Assembly: GCA_964434255.1 (NCBI GenBank)
Contig: CAYSUL010000001.1
Coordinates: forward strand, 181,695-245,694
Direction of reading: 5' to 3'
DNA length: 64,000 bases
Origin: an uncultured Candidatus Saccharibacteria bacterium
GTDB taxonomy: Bacteria > Patescibacteriota > Minisyncoccia > Phycocordibacterales > Phycocordibacteraceae
Below, in pieces: positions 48,449-58,370 of this stretch. Both the position numbers and the translations under genes were made by a program. The stretch's first letter is position 1, and each line of letters opens with the position of its first letter. Below the pieces are notes generated by a model. The model was not told the DNA's origin, did not search any database, and was given only the letters and a program-made list of their open reading frames with translations.

Positions 48449-48970
48449 ATGAATCTTCTTCACGACATAGCACCAGGGACCAAGGACGAGATGAACGTCA
48501 TCATCGAGATACCGAAGGGCTCGAAGAACAAGTACGAGATAGATAAGGAGACGGGAATCATCGCGCTGGACCGCGTGATGCACAGCGCCCAGGACTACCC
48601 ATTCGACTACGGCTTCGTGCCGCAGACGCTCTGGGACGATGGCGACGCGCTGGATGTGGTGGTTCTCACCACCTACCCGCTCGCGCCCGGCATCCTCGTG
48701 CGCGCACGCCCCGTTGGCATCATGCACATGGTGGATGGCGGCGAGGCCGATGAGAAGGTCATCGCGGTCCCGACCGAGGACCCTCGTTTCGCAGAAGTCA
48801 TGGATCTTAAGGATGTGAACCCTCACACCCTTAAGGAAATAGCCCACTTCTTCGCCACCTATAAGCAGATACAGAAGAAGGAGGTTGAAGTCGGTGAGTT
48901 CGAAGGGAAAGATGCCGCGCAGGCGGCATTCGACCGCGCGTGCCAGCTGTATACGCAGAAGAAAGCGTAA
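48449..48970 (+). CDS. ppa: inorganic pyrophosphatase
   Basis: 173 aa. DGDALDVVVL and Asp-rich active-site motifs. Confidence 0.9.
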   Translation: MNLLHDIAPGTKDEMNVIIEIPKGSKNKYEIDKETGIIALDRVMHSAQDYPFDYGFVPQTLWDDGDALDVVVLTTYPLAPGILVRARPVGIMHMVDGGEADEKVIAVPTEDPRFAEVMDLKDVNPHTLKEIAHFFATYKQIQKKEVEVGEFEGKDAAQAAFDRACQLYTQKKA

Positions 48971-49035
48971 CCGAGAAAGGACCCGCTCCCAAGCGGGTCT
49001 TTTCTTTTGCCGCGCTTCCCCGCTATACTTCCTTT

Positions 49036-49296
49036 ATGGACACCGCCTCATCGACCCCCTCAGCTGATGTCAGCTCGAGCTCCAACGCTTCCCCGGACAC
49101 TTCTTCTACCGTCATTATTCCGCCTGTCGTAACGGGAGGAAAGACGACCGAGAAAGGTTCATGGGGAGGCCTCATCGGCATCATCATCATCGTGGGGCTG
49201 ATACTCACCGCAGCGCTCTATAGCTGGGGCGAGCGCATAGATGAGCCAGTGCCCGTAGACGAAGGCACCAGCGTCGACGTCGACGCGAACATCTAG
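49036..49296 (+). CDS. small Ser/Thr-rich protein with C-terminal TM anchor
   Basis: 86 aa from the ATG at 49036. TATACT box upstream and terminator downstream. Confidence 0.4.
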   Translation: MDTASSTPSADVSSSSNASPDTSSTVIIPPVVTGGKTTEKGSWGGLIGIIIIVGLILTAALYSWGERIDEPVPVDEGTSVDVDANI

Positions 49297-49378
49297 AAAA
49301 CCGCGGCCCCAGGGTCGCGGTTTTCCGTTCATCGCTGTTTTCTGATACCATTGCCGGACGTAATAACCGCCTGTATAT

Positions 49379-49978
49379 ATGAACACCACGCCCCGCGCAT
49401 CCATGCTTATCCCGATGGTCATAGAGAAGTCGCAATTCGGCGAACGCGCCTATGATATCTACTCACGCCTCCTACGCGAGCGCATCATCTTCCTCGGTGG
49501 CGGCATCGATGACGATGTAGCCAACCTCATCATCGCCCAGCTCCTCTTCCTCGAGTCGGAAGACCCGAAGAAGGACATCTCGCTCTATATAAATAGCCCG
49601 GGCGGCTCGGTGACGGCAGGCCTCGCCATCCTCGACACCATGAATCACGTGAAGCCTGCGGTCTCTACCGTATGCGTGGGTATGGCAGCATCAGCGGCTG
49701 CAGTCATCCTCTCTGCCGGAGAGAAGGGCAAGCGCTACGCGCTTCCGAATGCGGAAGTGATGATCCACCAGCCATGGGGCGGGGCGCAGGGTCAGGCGAC
49801 CGATATCGAGATAACCGCGAAGCACATCATCGCGACCCGTGAGCGTCTCAACAAGATTCTTTCGAAGAATACCGGACAGCCACTCGCGAAAGTCGAGAAG
49901 GATGTCGACCGCGACTACTTCATGATGGCGGATGATGCGAAGAAGTACGGCATCATCGATTCTGTGTATAAGCGTTAG
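49379..49978 (+). CDS. clpP: ATP-dependent Clp protease proteolytic subunit
   Basis: 199 aa. [11 protein letters not shown] and HQP motifs (Ser-His-Asp triad). Confidence 0.95.
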   Translation: MNTTPRASMLIPMVIEKSQFGERAYDIYSRLLRERIIFLGGGIDDDVANLIIAQLLFLESEDPKKDISLYINSPGGSVTAGLAILDTMNHVKPAVSTVCVGMAASAAAVILSAGEKGKRYALPNAEVMIHQPWGGAQGQATDIEITAKHIIATRERLNKILSKNTGQPLAKVEKDVDRDYFMMADDAKKYGIIDSVYKR

Positions 49979-50047
49979 GCCTTAGTTCTGACATAAGAAA
50001 GCCCTGCGCCATAGCGCAGGGCTTTTCCCTATCTATTTGTGGGTGTG

Positions 50048-50278
50048 CTACCGGCTGAGACGACCCCGACCCCGAGCGTTCTGCCCCTCCACTCGATGGT
50101 TCGCCTTCTTCTTCTCGCTGGGTGGCTCGTAAATACCCTTGCCGCAGGTGTCGCAGTAATTCCCCACCGTACGCCGATTCAGGCACTGATTTCCATCCGG
50201 CTTAACGCCGACACACTGGAAACGAGAGACCCTCTCCTCGCCGAGCCCGTACAAATCATCCCCCATCATTAGCTCCAT
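50048..50278 (-). CDS. small zinc-ribbon-like protein (CxxC...CxxC)
   Basis: 76 aa from MELMMGDDLYG. Four Cys in two pairs. Confidence 0.3.
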   Translation of the reverse strand: MELMMGDDLYGLGEERVSRFQCVGVKPDGNQCLNRRTVGNYCDTCGKGIYEPPSEKKKANHRVEGQNARGRGRLSR

Positions 50279-50490
50279 TCCCAAGCTACAGTGAATATCT
50301 CTGCTACTGGTATATACCCTCTGATTTCCATTGTCCACGATTTCCGGTCGTTTTGCGCGGCTCTATATATAGGTGTATCGTGCCCGTAGTCAGGCCACGC
50401 ACGAGACGCTTATTCGACTGATTTCAGGCTGACCTTATCTTGCCCTAACTCCCGCGCGAGGCGTATAGCCCCGCACGGGACCAGAATCGT

Positions 50491-52020
50491 ATGTCCATAA
50501 AACTAATATTGAGCCTGCTCGCCCTTTCCGGGCTCGCCGGCATCGCGCTGGGGTACGTACTCCGGCTCCTCATCGCGCTTGGCCAGCGTGGCTCTTTGGA
50601 GCTCGAGGTGAAGCAGAAGCTTCTTGAGGCGAAGGAGCGCGCTAATAAAATAGTCGCTGAGGCTGAAGCCCGCTCTCTTCAGCTCGAGAAGGAGAAGGCA
50701 TTGCCTCTCAGGGAACGAGAGGAGGTGCTCATCAAGTCCACCGAGCGCATCGCGAAGCGCGAGGAGTTCCTCGACGAGCGTGAGCGTACGCTCGCGACCG
50801 AAGCAGAAGAGGTGCGCAACCGCGAGAACGAAGCTGCCAACCTGCGCAAAGATGCGGAGAAGCTCCTGAAGGAGCGTCGCCTCGAGCTCGTGCGCATGGG
50901 TCGCCTTTCCGAAGAGGAAGCTCGCACCATGCTCATGAAGGACCTTGAGGAAACCGAGGTCGAGGCATTGCTCGCACGCCTCCAGAAGCTCGAAGCGCAC
51001 GGAAGGAAGCAGCTCGAGGAAAAGGCCCGCTCCATACTTCTTTCAACCATCCATCGTCTCGGTTCGAGCGTGAATGCGGATATCATGACACTCTCCGTCA
51101 CGCTCCCTTCTGAAGAGATGAAGGGGAAGATAATCGGTAAGGAAGGACGCAATATCAAGGCGTTCGAGCGCGCGACTGGTGTCGATGTGATCATCGATGA
51201 CGCTCCGGACAAGATAACGCTGTCGTCATTCGACCCGCTGCGCCGTCATATCGCGAAGCTCGCGCTCGAGGAACTCCTCGAGGATGGGCGCATCCAGCCT
51301 GCGAAGATAGAGGACACCGTCGAGAAGGCGAAGAAGCAGGTGCAGGACATGGTGAAGCAGAAGGGCGAGGAAGCGGCGTACGAGGTAGGTATCGTGGGAC
51401 TCGATCCTCGCCTCATCGCGCTCCTTGGTCGTCTGCACTTCCGCACGAGCTATGGCCAGAATGTTCTGCAGCACTCAATAGAGATGGCGCACATCGCCGG
51501 CATGCTTTCTGACGAGCTTGGTGCAGACGCGCAGACTGCACGCGCAGGAGCGCTCCTTCATGACATCGGTAAGGCCGTGGACCACGAGGTGCAGGGCACG
51601 CATGTGGAGATAGGCCGCCGCATACTCGAGAAGTTCGGTGTCGCGAAGGAAGTCATCCAGGCGATGCAGGCGCATCATGAGGAATATCCGTATGAGACGC
51701 CGGAGTCCGTCATCGTGCAGGTAGCTGACGCCATCTCAGCAGGTCGCCCAGGCGCGAGGCGCGACACGGTAGAGCGCTATCTCGAGCGCCTCGGGGACCT
51801 CGAGCGCATCGCTAAGGGATTCGAGGGCGTCGAGAAGGTATATGCAATCTCAGCAGGACGCGAGATACGCATCTTCGTGAACCCAGGCAAGGTTTCGGAC
51901 CTCGAGACGCATAAGCTCGCACGCAAGATTGCGGATCGCGTTCAGTCGGAGCTCAAATATCCAGGAGAGATAAAGGTGAACGTCATTCGCGAGAACCGCG
52001 TCGTTGAATTCGCTCGTTAG
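50491..52020 (+). CDS. rny: ribonuclease Y
   Basis: 509 aa. N-terminal TM, coiled coil, KH domain and HD domain (LLHDIGKAVDHEV). Confidence 0.92.
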   Translation: MSIKLILSLLALSGLAGIALGYVLRLLIALGQRGSLELEVKQKLLEAKERANKIVAEAEARSLQLEKEKALPLREREEVLIKSTERIAKREEFLDERERTLATEAEEVRNRENEAANLRKDAEKLLKERRLELVRMGRLSEEEARTMLMKDLEETEVEALLARLQKLEAHGRKQLEEKARSILLSTIHRLGSSVNADIMTLSVTLPSEEMKGKIIGKEGRNIKAFERATGVDVIIDDAPDKITLSSFDPLRRHIAKLALEELLEDGRIQPAKIEDTVEKAKKQVQDMVKQKGEEAAYEVGIVGLDPRLIALLGRLHFRTSYGQNVLQHSIEMAHIAGMLSDELGADAQTARAGALLHDIGKAVDHEVQGTHVEIGRRILEKFGVAKEVIQAMQAHHEEYPYETPESVIVQVADAISAGRPGARRDTVERYLERLGDLERIAKGFEGVEKVYAISAGREIRIFVNPGKVSDLETHKLARKIADRVQSELKYPGEIKVNVIRENRVVEFAR

Positions 52021-52311
52021 CTACGCGGCTTCGCGCCGAATTTCTGCTTCAAAGGCCACTGCCTCGTTGCGGAGCAGCTGCGCTTCCTCTTCGGTAAGCT
52101 TTCCTGCCCGCTCGAGCACCTCGATTTTCGAGTAATCCAGGTTCAATTCAAGATCAGCCTCGCCAATCTTCCCTGCGGCGAGGCTGTTCCGTACATCCGC
52201 GAATATATCGGGGAGATTCTCAGAATGTGGCGTATGCACTACGTTTTCTGGCTCTGACTCGGCCGGCTCCATCGTCTTTTGTTTGGGTCTTCCGAACTCG
52301 AAGATGTTCAT
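52021..52311 (-). CDS. hypothetical acidic protein
   Basis: 96 aa. Stop abuts the rny stop. TATACT box immediately upstream, so possibly leaderless. Confidence 0.35.
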   Translation of the reverse strand: MNIFEFGRPKQKTMEPAESEPENVVHTPHSENLPDIFADVRNSLAAGKIGEADLELNLDYSKIEVLERAGKLTEEEAQLLRNEAVAFEAEIRREAA

Positions 52312-52463
52312 ACTGCCAGTATACGAGGGTAGAAATCGCTATTTCACCTTATCCCCGCCTATTTGCAAGCCCTATTGCGTAATATGGCTCATTTCCTATA
52401 CTTTCCACCGTAGCCCTCCCATAGGGCTTAGCAAAGCCCTATCAGGGATTAACCCACAATTAC

Positions 52464-52736
52464 ATGAACAAAGCAGAAATCGCAGCAAAAGTGCAGGACA
52501 CTCTTGGTACCACCAAGGCTGATGCAGAGCGCGCAGTCGAGACCATCATCGATTGCATCACCACCGGCCTCAAGGCAGGTGATGAAGTATCTATTGCAGG
52601 CCTCGGTATCTTCAGTGCGAAGGCTCGCCCAGCCCGCACCGGCCGCAATCCTCGCACCGGCGAGACCATCAAGATTGCCGCTACGCGCACTCCTAAGTTC
52701 CGCGCAGCTAAGGCGCTCAAGGACGCGGTTAAGTAA
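52464..52736 (+). CDS. hup: DNA-binding protein HU
   Basis: 90 aa. GLGIFSAKARPARTGRNPRTGETIKIAA arm. Confidence 0.93.
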   Translation: MNKAEIAAKVQDTLGTTKADAERAVETIIDCITTGLKAGDEVSIAGLGIFSAKARPARTGRNPRTGETIKIAATRTPKFRAAKALKDAVK

Positions 52737-52782
52737 TATCCGCTTCTTTTAGTAAAAGCCCCAGCATTTGCTGGGGCTTTTA

Positions 52783-53928
52783 CTATTTGAAATACTGCTT
52801 ACCCTTCAATTTATCGGGTAGATAACTCTCTTCGTCGTACTTCTTATAGCCCTTACCATAGCCGAGGTCCTTCATGAGCTTCGTCGGTGCATTGCGTATA
52901 TGCTTGGGCACTGACAGGTTCCCAGTCTTCTGTACATCGGCTTGTGCAGCACGAAGCGCATCGTACGCTGACCGATCCTTCGCAGCGTTCGCAAGATACG
53001 CGACGCCATGCGCGAGATTAATGGCGCACTCCGGGTACCCAATGACCTCGCAGGCACGGAACACGGAGTTGGCGACGACGAGTGCGGTGGGCTGGGCGAG
53101 CCCGATGTCTTCGGATGCGAAGATGACCATCCTTCTCGCGATGAAGAGTGGATCCTCCCCTGCCTCGACCATGCGTGCGAGGTAGTACATAGCGGCGTCG
53201 GGCTGGCTGGCGCGCATGCTTTTTATGAACGCGCTTATGGTGTCGTAGTGCTCTTCTCCCTTCTTGTCGTAGCGCAGATGCGGGTCTTCAAGTGCCTTAT
53301 TGAGCGTATCTACCGTCACCTTCCCATAGAGCGTCTTAGCGCCCTCGAGCACTGTGAGGGCGCGCCTGGCGTCCCCATTCGCATATCCCATGAGCCATTC
53401 GAAAGAATCCTTCCCGAGCTTCACCTTCGATCGCGCGACGATCGCGCGAAGCGATTCCTCCGAGAGCGGTTCGAGCACGAATACCCGCGCCCTGGAAAGG
53501 AGTGCCGGAATGACTTCGAATGAGGGGTTCTCGGTAGTCGCGCCAATCAGGGTTAGCTCGCCGCTCTCGACGTACGGCAGGAGGAAATCTTGCTGTGCTT
53601 TATTGAAACGATGTATCTCATCTAAGAAGAGGACCTTGGGACGAAGGCTAAGTGTTGGCATGCGGCTTTCCCCGACTATCTTCCGGATATCATCCTTGCC
53701 TGCAGAGACCGCGGAGAGCTCATGGAGCTCCGCATCGAGCGCTCGTGCGTAGATACGGGCGATGGTGGTCTTACCAGTCCCTGGCGGACCCCACAAGATG
53801 AACGAGAAGCGGTGCTGCTTCTCTATAGCGACACGAAGAGGCTTCCCCTCCCCCACGAGGTGCTCCTGTCCCACCACTTCTTCAATGGTTTGGGGCCGTA
53901 TGCGGTTGGCAAGGGGTTCCATATCCAA
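52783..53928 (-). CDS. rarA: replication-associated recombination protein A (AAA+ ATPase)
   Basis: 381 aa. GPPGTGKTTIARI Walker A and MgsA C-terminal region. Confidence 0.9.
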   Translation of the reverse strand: MDMEPLANRIRPQTIEEVVGQEHLVGEGKPLRVAIEKQHRFSFILWGPPGTGKTTIARIYARALDAELHELSAVSAGKDDIRKIVGESRMPTLSLRPKVLFLDEIHRFNKAQQDFLLPYVESGELTLIGATTENPSFEVIPALLSRARVFVLEPLSEESLRAIVARSKVKLGKDSFEWLMGYANGDARRALTVLEGAKTLYGKVTVDTLNKALEDPHLRYDKKGEEHYDTISAFIKSMRASQPDAAMYYLARMVEAGEDPLFIARRMVIFASEDIGLAQPTALVVANSVFRACEVIGYPECAINLAHGVAYLANAAKDRSAYDALRAAQADVQKTGNLSVPKHIRNAPTKLMKDLGYGKGYKKYDEESYLPDKLKGKQYFK

Positions 53929-54021
53929 AGCGTACGCTGCACAGTATGAAAATCAATGAAGGGACGTAATTAAAGAAAACACCCGCCAGAAGCGGGTGTT
54001 TTCTTTTGAGCGACTATTCGA

Positions 54022-54936
54022 TTAGTCGAGCTCGTCGACAGCCTCGTCAGCGAGATCTTCCGCCTCTTCTGCGTGGTCAATGGCCTCATCGTAGTCCTTG
54101 TCATCGAATGCATCGATAGCGTCGTCATATTCTTCCTCGGCCTCATCGAGGAGGTCTTCGGCTTCGTCGACGTCCTCACCATCGTCATCAGCATCTTCGA
54201 CTTCGTCCCATGCGTCGTCGATAGCATCATCCGCATCCTCAAGAGCTTCGCGAGCGCGGCTCTCGGTGCCATTGTTGCTTGAGCCATTGTCGTCTATCTC
54301 ATCGATAGCGTCCTCGGCTGCATCCTCTGCATCGTTAGCGAAGTCTACGGCGTCGTCGTACTCCTCATCGTCGTATGCGCGGTCCGCCTTGCGGAGGTCC
54401 TTGCGAGCATCGTCGAGGAAATCATCGGCATCGTTGATGTCCTTGTTCCTGTCCTCTGCCTCTTCTACTTCATCCTTGGCGTCGTCGTACGCCTCTTCTG
54501 CATCGCGGATTGCCTTGCGGGCATCATTGCGATCATGATCATCGTCATCATCGTTCGATGAACCCGTGTTGATGGGGTTGTTTGTGAAGACGTTCGAGCT
54601 CCCACCAGTGAGTGATGCAACTCGGAAGTATCCGGTTACCTGCTGACCGTTCGCTGCCTGGAGACGAGCAACAGCTGCCTGGGTGAGCGTACCGAAGTAG
54701 GTGCCCTCATAGCCATATGAGCCGAGGCCGGAGTAGGCGACAGTATAGCCGGAAGCATTGAGATAGCGCTGGAGGCAGCGTACATCCTCGCCCACTGCCC
54801 CGAGTCCGAGGTCGCGGGTGAATACGCACTGGGTTACCTGGGCGCTTGCTGCCTGAGCGAAGCCCAGAATCATGAAAGCTGCTGCGATAAACGCAACGAA
54901 AGCTAGGATTCCTGTCTTAGAATTGATGTTCTGCAT
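54022..54936 (-). CDS. secreted protein: PG_binding_1-like domain plus ~180-aa extremely Asp/Glu-rich repetitive tail
   Basis: Start at MQNINSKTGILAFVAFIAAAF. CLQRYLNASGYTVAYSGLGSYGYEGTYFGTLTQAAVARLQ, then a DDAxDExED low-complexity tail. Confidence 0.6.
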   Translation of the reverse strand: MQNINSKTGILAFVAFIAAAFMILGFAQAASAQVTQCVFTRDLGLGAVGEDVRCLQRYLNASGYTVAYSGLGSYGYEGTYFGTLTQAAVARLQAANGQQVTGYFRVASLTGGSSNVFTNNPINTGSSNDDDDDHDRNDARKAIRDAEEAYDDAKDEVEEAEDRNKDINDADDFLDDARKDLRKADRAYDDEEYDDAVDFANDAEDAAEDAIDEIDDNGSSNNGTESRAREALEDADDAIDDAWDEVEDADDDGEDVDEAEDLLDEAEEEYDDAIDAFDDKDYDEAIDHAEEAEDLADEAVDELD

Positions 54937-55094
54937 AGTAAATAAGCCATTTATAATCGTTCGCCCGGTACCTACTACCGACATTACACCAAAAGTAGGT
55001 GGAAAAGCAATGAAGACGATTTTGATGGACTAAAGACTAAGACGTGGCGGGTGAATATTGCTTTCGTAGGCCTAGACCTTAGTGAATTAGAGTG

Positions 55095-55165
55095 TGCGGG
55101 ATAGGAGAATCGGACTCCTGCTCTCAGTTTGGAAAACTGATGTTCTACCATTAAACTAATCCCGC
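55095..55165 (-). tRNA. tRNA-Gly (anticodon UCC)
   Basis: Cloverleaf with 7-bp acceptor GCGGGAT/ATCCCGC and anticodon loop TTTCCAA. T-loop reads TCCGATT, so C at position 55 is unusual. Confidence 0.6.
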
Positions 55166-55235
55166 TTCGCCAAAGAGAATACCATAGCCAGCGCATGAGC
55201 TGTATTTTTGAACGGCTCCGGTGTAGCGTTCATAT

Positions 55236-56303
55236 ATGCCCGCTCTCCAAGGCGTCATCTCCGCGCTTTCTGCGCTTATCATCACGCTTAACTCGCTTTA
55301 TGGAGCGCAGATGGGTTCAACTACCCCGCAAGTTACTGGTATCTTCGGGCCCGCGGCAACGAGCACGGTCTCGGTTCCTGCACCCGAAATCCCGAAGCCT
55401 ACCGTACCCAAGCCCGCTACCTCGGGCGGACTCGCTCCCCTGCTCCCTCACGCTCCCTCGACTGACCTTGCGGTAGCACTCGGTACGCTTCGAGGCGCGA
55501 TTGTGAATATCGTCTGCATATCCAAGGACACGAAGATTCGTTCGATGTCCGGTAGTGGCGTCATCTTCGACCCTAAAGGCCTCATCCTCACCAATAGCCA
55601 CATCGCGCAGTACTACATGCTGAAAGAGGTACTGCCTGAGGGCGCTATTACCTGCATCATTCGCGCAGGAAGCCCCGCACAGGCCGCATACAGGGCAGAA
55701 GCGGCGTATGTATCAAGTGAATGGATACAGGACAACCCAAGCACCCTGGTCGCGACCGTGGCACGCGGCACCGGAGAGCATGACTTTGCCGTGCTCGCGA
55801 TAACAGGGAGCGCGTCACCCATTCCCCTTCCAGGCTCCTTTCCATACGTTCCCCTCACCAAAGCAACGCCGAAACTCAAGGACAATGTGGGTATCGGCTC
55901 GTATGGTGCACAGAATCTCACTTCCAAGCAGATACAGAGCTCCCTTCTCCCCACACTCGTGTTCGCTCAAGTGAAGAGCATCTACACGTTTGACTCAACG
56001 AGTATCGATCTCCTCACCCTAAGCGGGAGCGCGGCCGGCCAACACGGCTCTTCGGGCGGCGGCATCGTGAACGCGAATGGTCAGCTTATGGGAATAATCA
56101 CAACCGCAAGCGATAAGGGTGAGTTCGGCAACCGCGAGGTGCGCGTAGTCACCGCAGGACATATCCGCAGCAGCTTCAAGGAGGATAGCGGTCAGGACTT
56201 CGACTCTTATTTCAAGAATGGCAGCATTGACGCCTTCGTTTCAGTCTTTGTGGACGACGCGAATCGCATGGGCAAGAAGCTCCTTTCGACGCTTCAACAT
56301 TAG
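55236..56303 (+). CDS. trypsin-like (S1/S1C) serine protease, secreted or membrane-anchored
   Basis: 355 aa. LTNSHI (His), D, and GQHGSSGGGIVNANGQLMGI (Ser) catalytic triad. Confidence 0.7.
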   Translation: MPALQGVISALSALIITLNSLYGAQMGSTTPQVTGIFGPAATSTVSVPAPEIPKPTVPKPATSGGLAPLLPHAPSTDLAVALGTLRGAIVNIVCISKDTKIRSMSGSGVIFDPKGLILTNSHIAQYYMLKEVLPEGAITCIIRAGSPAQAAYRAEAAYVSSEWIQDNPSTLVATVARGTGEHDFAVLAITGSASPIPLPGSFPYVPLTKATPKLKDNVGIGSYGAQNLTSKQIQSSLLPTLVFAQVKSIYTFDSTSIDLLTLSGSAAGQHGSSGGGIVNANGQLMGIITTASDKGEFGNREVRVVTAGHIRSSFKEDSGQDFDSYFKNGSIDAFVSVFVDDANRMGKKLLSTLQH

Positions 56304-56304
56304 T

Positions 56305-56375
56305 CGGGGTGCGGAGAATTGAACTCCGTCTATCTGCTCCCAAAGCAGACGTACTACCGGTATACGACACCCCGT
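56305..56375 (-). tRNA. tRNA-Pro (anticodon UGG)
   Basis: Acceptor CGGGGTG/CACCCCG, anticodon loop TTTGGGA and T-loop TTCAATT. Confidence 0.8.
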
Positions 56376-56663
56376 TCACTGCATCCTACCAGCTTTAATG
56401 GATTTGCGGGAGGTGTTCTGTTTTAGATCTCACACCACGCACGTGACTACACCAGAGTCTCCCATTTATGGTTTCGACCTGGTTAGGGGACTTCATTGAG
56501 AGATGCTGCTGACCGAGACGGTGACTGAGAATAGAACGGCCTGAATGCTAAGTATTCTTCGGACTCGCCATTAGAAGTCTTCTTTGTCTTATGTCCTTTA
56601 TCCCCACTGTGAACACCTTTGTCCCCAACGCAAAACGGCCCTGAAGGGCCGTTTTGCCTCGTG

Positions 56664-56734
56664 TGCGGATAGGGAGAATCGAACTCCCGACTGATCCTTG
56701 GCAAGGATCCGTTTTACCACTAAACCATATCCGC
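56664..56734 (-). tRNA. tRNA-Gly (anticodon GCC)
   Basis: Acceptor GCGGATA/TATCCGC, anticodon loop TTGCCAA and T-loop TTCGATT. Confidence 0.85.
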
Positions 56735-56775
56735 TTCGCTCGGAATACTAACACAATCGCTATCTCTTTTTCTAG

Positions 56776-56847
56776 TGCTCCCGCCAGGACTCGAACCTGG
56801 AACGACAGTTCCGAAGACTGTTGTGATATCCGTTTCACTACAGGAGC
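56776..56847 (-). tRNA. tRNA-Arg (anticodon UCG)
   Basis: Acceptor GCTCCTG/CGGGAGC, anticodon loop CTTCGGA and T-arm CCAGG-TTCGAGT-CCTGG. Confidence 0.8.
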
Positions 56848-56906
56848 GTATTCAGATATTACGCGAGAGCTAGGAGAATGACCACACGCATACTAGTATT
56901 TTCTCA

Positions 56907-58370
56907 ATGCACTTCCCTGTTCCGCTTGAGGTGAGGGCCGTATCTGACGGACTTCGAAAAGAAGGTTTCGAAGCTTATCTGGTTGGCGGCTGCGTGCGCG
57001 ACCTCCTCCTTAGTCGCGAACCCAAGGACTGGGACGTAACGACGAATGCTAAGCCCGAGGATATCCAGCGCATATTCCCTGAATCCTTCTATGAAAACGA
57101 ATTCGGGACTGTAGGGGTAAAGACAGGCTCGAAAGAGCCGAAGCTCGCGGTCATCGAAGTAACTCCCTACCGAACGGAAACCGGATATTCAGATAAGCGG
57201 CGTCCGGACGAGGTCATATTCGGTGAAAGCCTTGAAGACGACTTGGCTCGCCGGGACTTCACCATCAATGCTATCGCACTTGATGAGTCTAAAGGACATC
57301 TCGTTGATCCATATAAAGGACAGGTAGACATCGAGGCTCGTGTCTTGCGGACAGTCGGGAATGCTGAGGATCGCTTCGAAGAGGATGGTCTTCGTCTTAT
57401 GCGGGCTGTCCGATTGGTCGCCGAGCTCGAGTTCGCGCTCGACGCTGACACGGCCGCAGCTATACAGAATAAGGGTCAAAACCTCAAGCTCATTTCACGT
57501 GAAAGAATCAGGGACGAGTTTGTCCGGATACTCGAGTCCAGGCAGCCAATGATGGCTCTTACACTTTCCCAACAGCTTGGGATCCTTGAGTATATCGCCC
57601 CGGACCTTACGCGCGGCATAGGCATCGAGCAGAACCAGGCTCATAGCTACGATGTTTTCGAGCATCTTATGCGGGCCGTACAGCACGCAGCAGATAAGGA
57701 CTGGGACTTCGATATCCGCCTCGCTGCCCTATTCCATGATGTATCTAAGCCTGAAACTCGCCGCTGGTCAGACGAAAAGAAGGATTGGACATTCCATGGT
57801 CATGAAGTGGTTGGTTCACGTGTAACACGCAAAGCACTCGAAGATATGCGGTTTTCACGTGAAACTATAGAGAAAGTGACCAAATTAGTGCGCTGGCACA
57901 TGTTCTTCTCGGATCCTGACCAGATAACATTATCGGCCGTTCGCCGCATGATAGTGAATGTCGGAGAGGAGAATATATGGGATCTGCTCAACCTCCGTAT
58001 TTGCGACCGCATCGGAACAGGGCGTCCGAAAGAACAGCCATTCCGCTTCCGAAGGTATAAGGCCATGGTTGAAGAGGCCCTGCGCGACCCGATCAGCGTG
58101 GCAATGCTTAAGACAGACGGGAGCAGCATTATGGAAAAGTTCCACGTGCAACCTGGACCGAAAATAGGCTATATTCTCCACGCTCTACTCGAAGAGGTTC
58201 TCGAGGATCCCCAGAAGAACAATGAGGCATATTTGGATACTCGGACGGAGAGCCTGTTGCAGCTCTCAGACAGCGAACTTAAGGAATTGGGTGATTCGGG
58301 TAAGAAACGAAGAGAAATTGAAGAGGAGAGGGAAGTACGGGAAATCCTCGAAAAGCATCACGTTGGCTAG
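56907..58370 (+). CDS. cca: CCA-adding tRNA nucleotidyltransferase with HD domain
   Basis: 487 aa. GGCVRDLLL...DWD head domain and HD motif LFHDVSKP. Confidence 0.85.
   Translation: MHFPVPLEVRAVSDGLRKEGFEAYLVGGCVRDLLLSREPKDWDVTTNAKPEDIQRIFPESFYENEFGTVGVKTGSKEPKLAVIEVTPYRTETGYSDKRRPDEVIFGESLEDDLARRDFTINAIALDESKGHLVDPYKGQVDIEARVLRTVGNAEDRFEEDGLRLMRAVRLVAELEFALDADTAAAIQNKGQNLKLISRERIRDEFVRILESRQPMMALTLSQQLGILEYIAPDLTRGIGIEQNQAHSYDVFEHLMRAVQHAADKDWDFDIRLAALFHDVSKPETRRWSDEKKDWTFHGHEVVGSRVTRKALEDMRFSRETIEKVTKLVRWHMFFSDPDQITLSAVRRMIVNVGEENIWDLLNLRICDRIGTGRPKEQPFRFRRYKAMVEEALRDPISVAMLKTDGSSIMEKFHVQPGPKIGYILHALLEEVLEDPQKNNEAYLDTRTESLLQLSDSELKELGDSGKKRREIEEEREVREILEKHHVG

Noticed and set aside
54022-54540. 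Possible CRISPR or tandem-repeat array suggested by repetitive DNA
   Set aside because: The repeats are in-frame codon repeats encoding the Asp/Glu-rich tail of a protein with a signal peptide and a peptidoglycan-binding domain. There is no spacer/repeat periodicity and no cas genes in the window.
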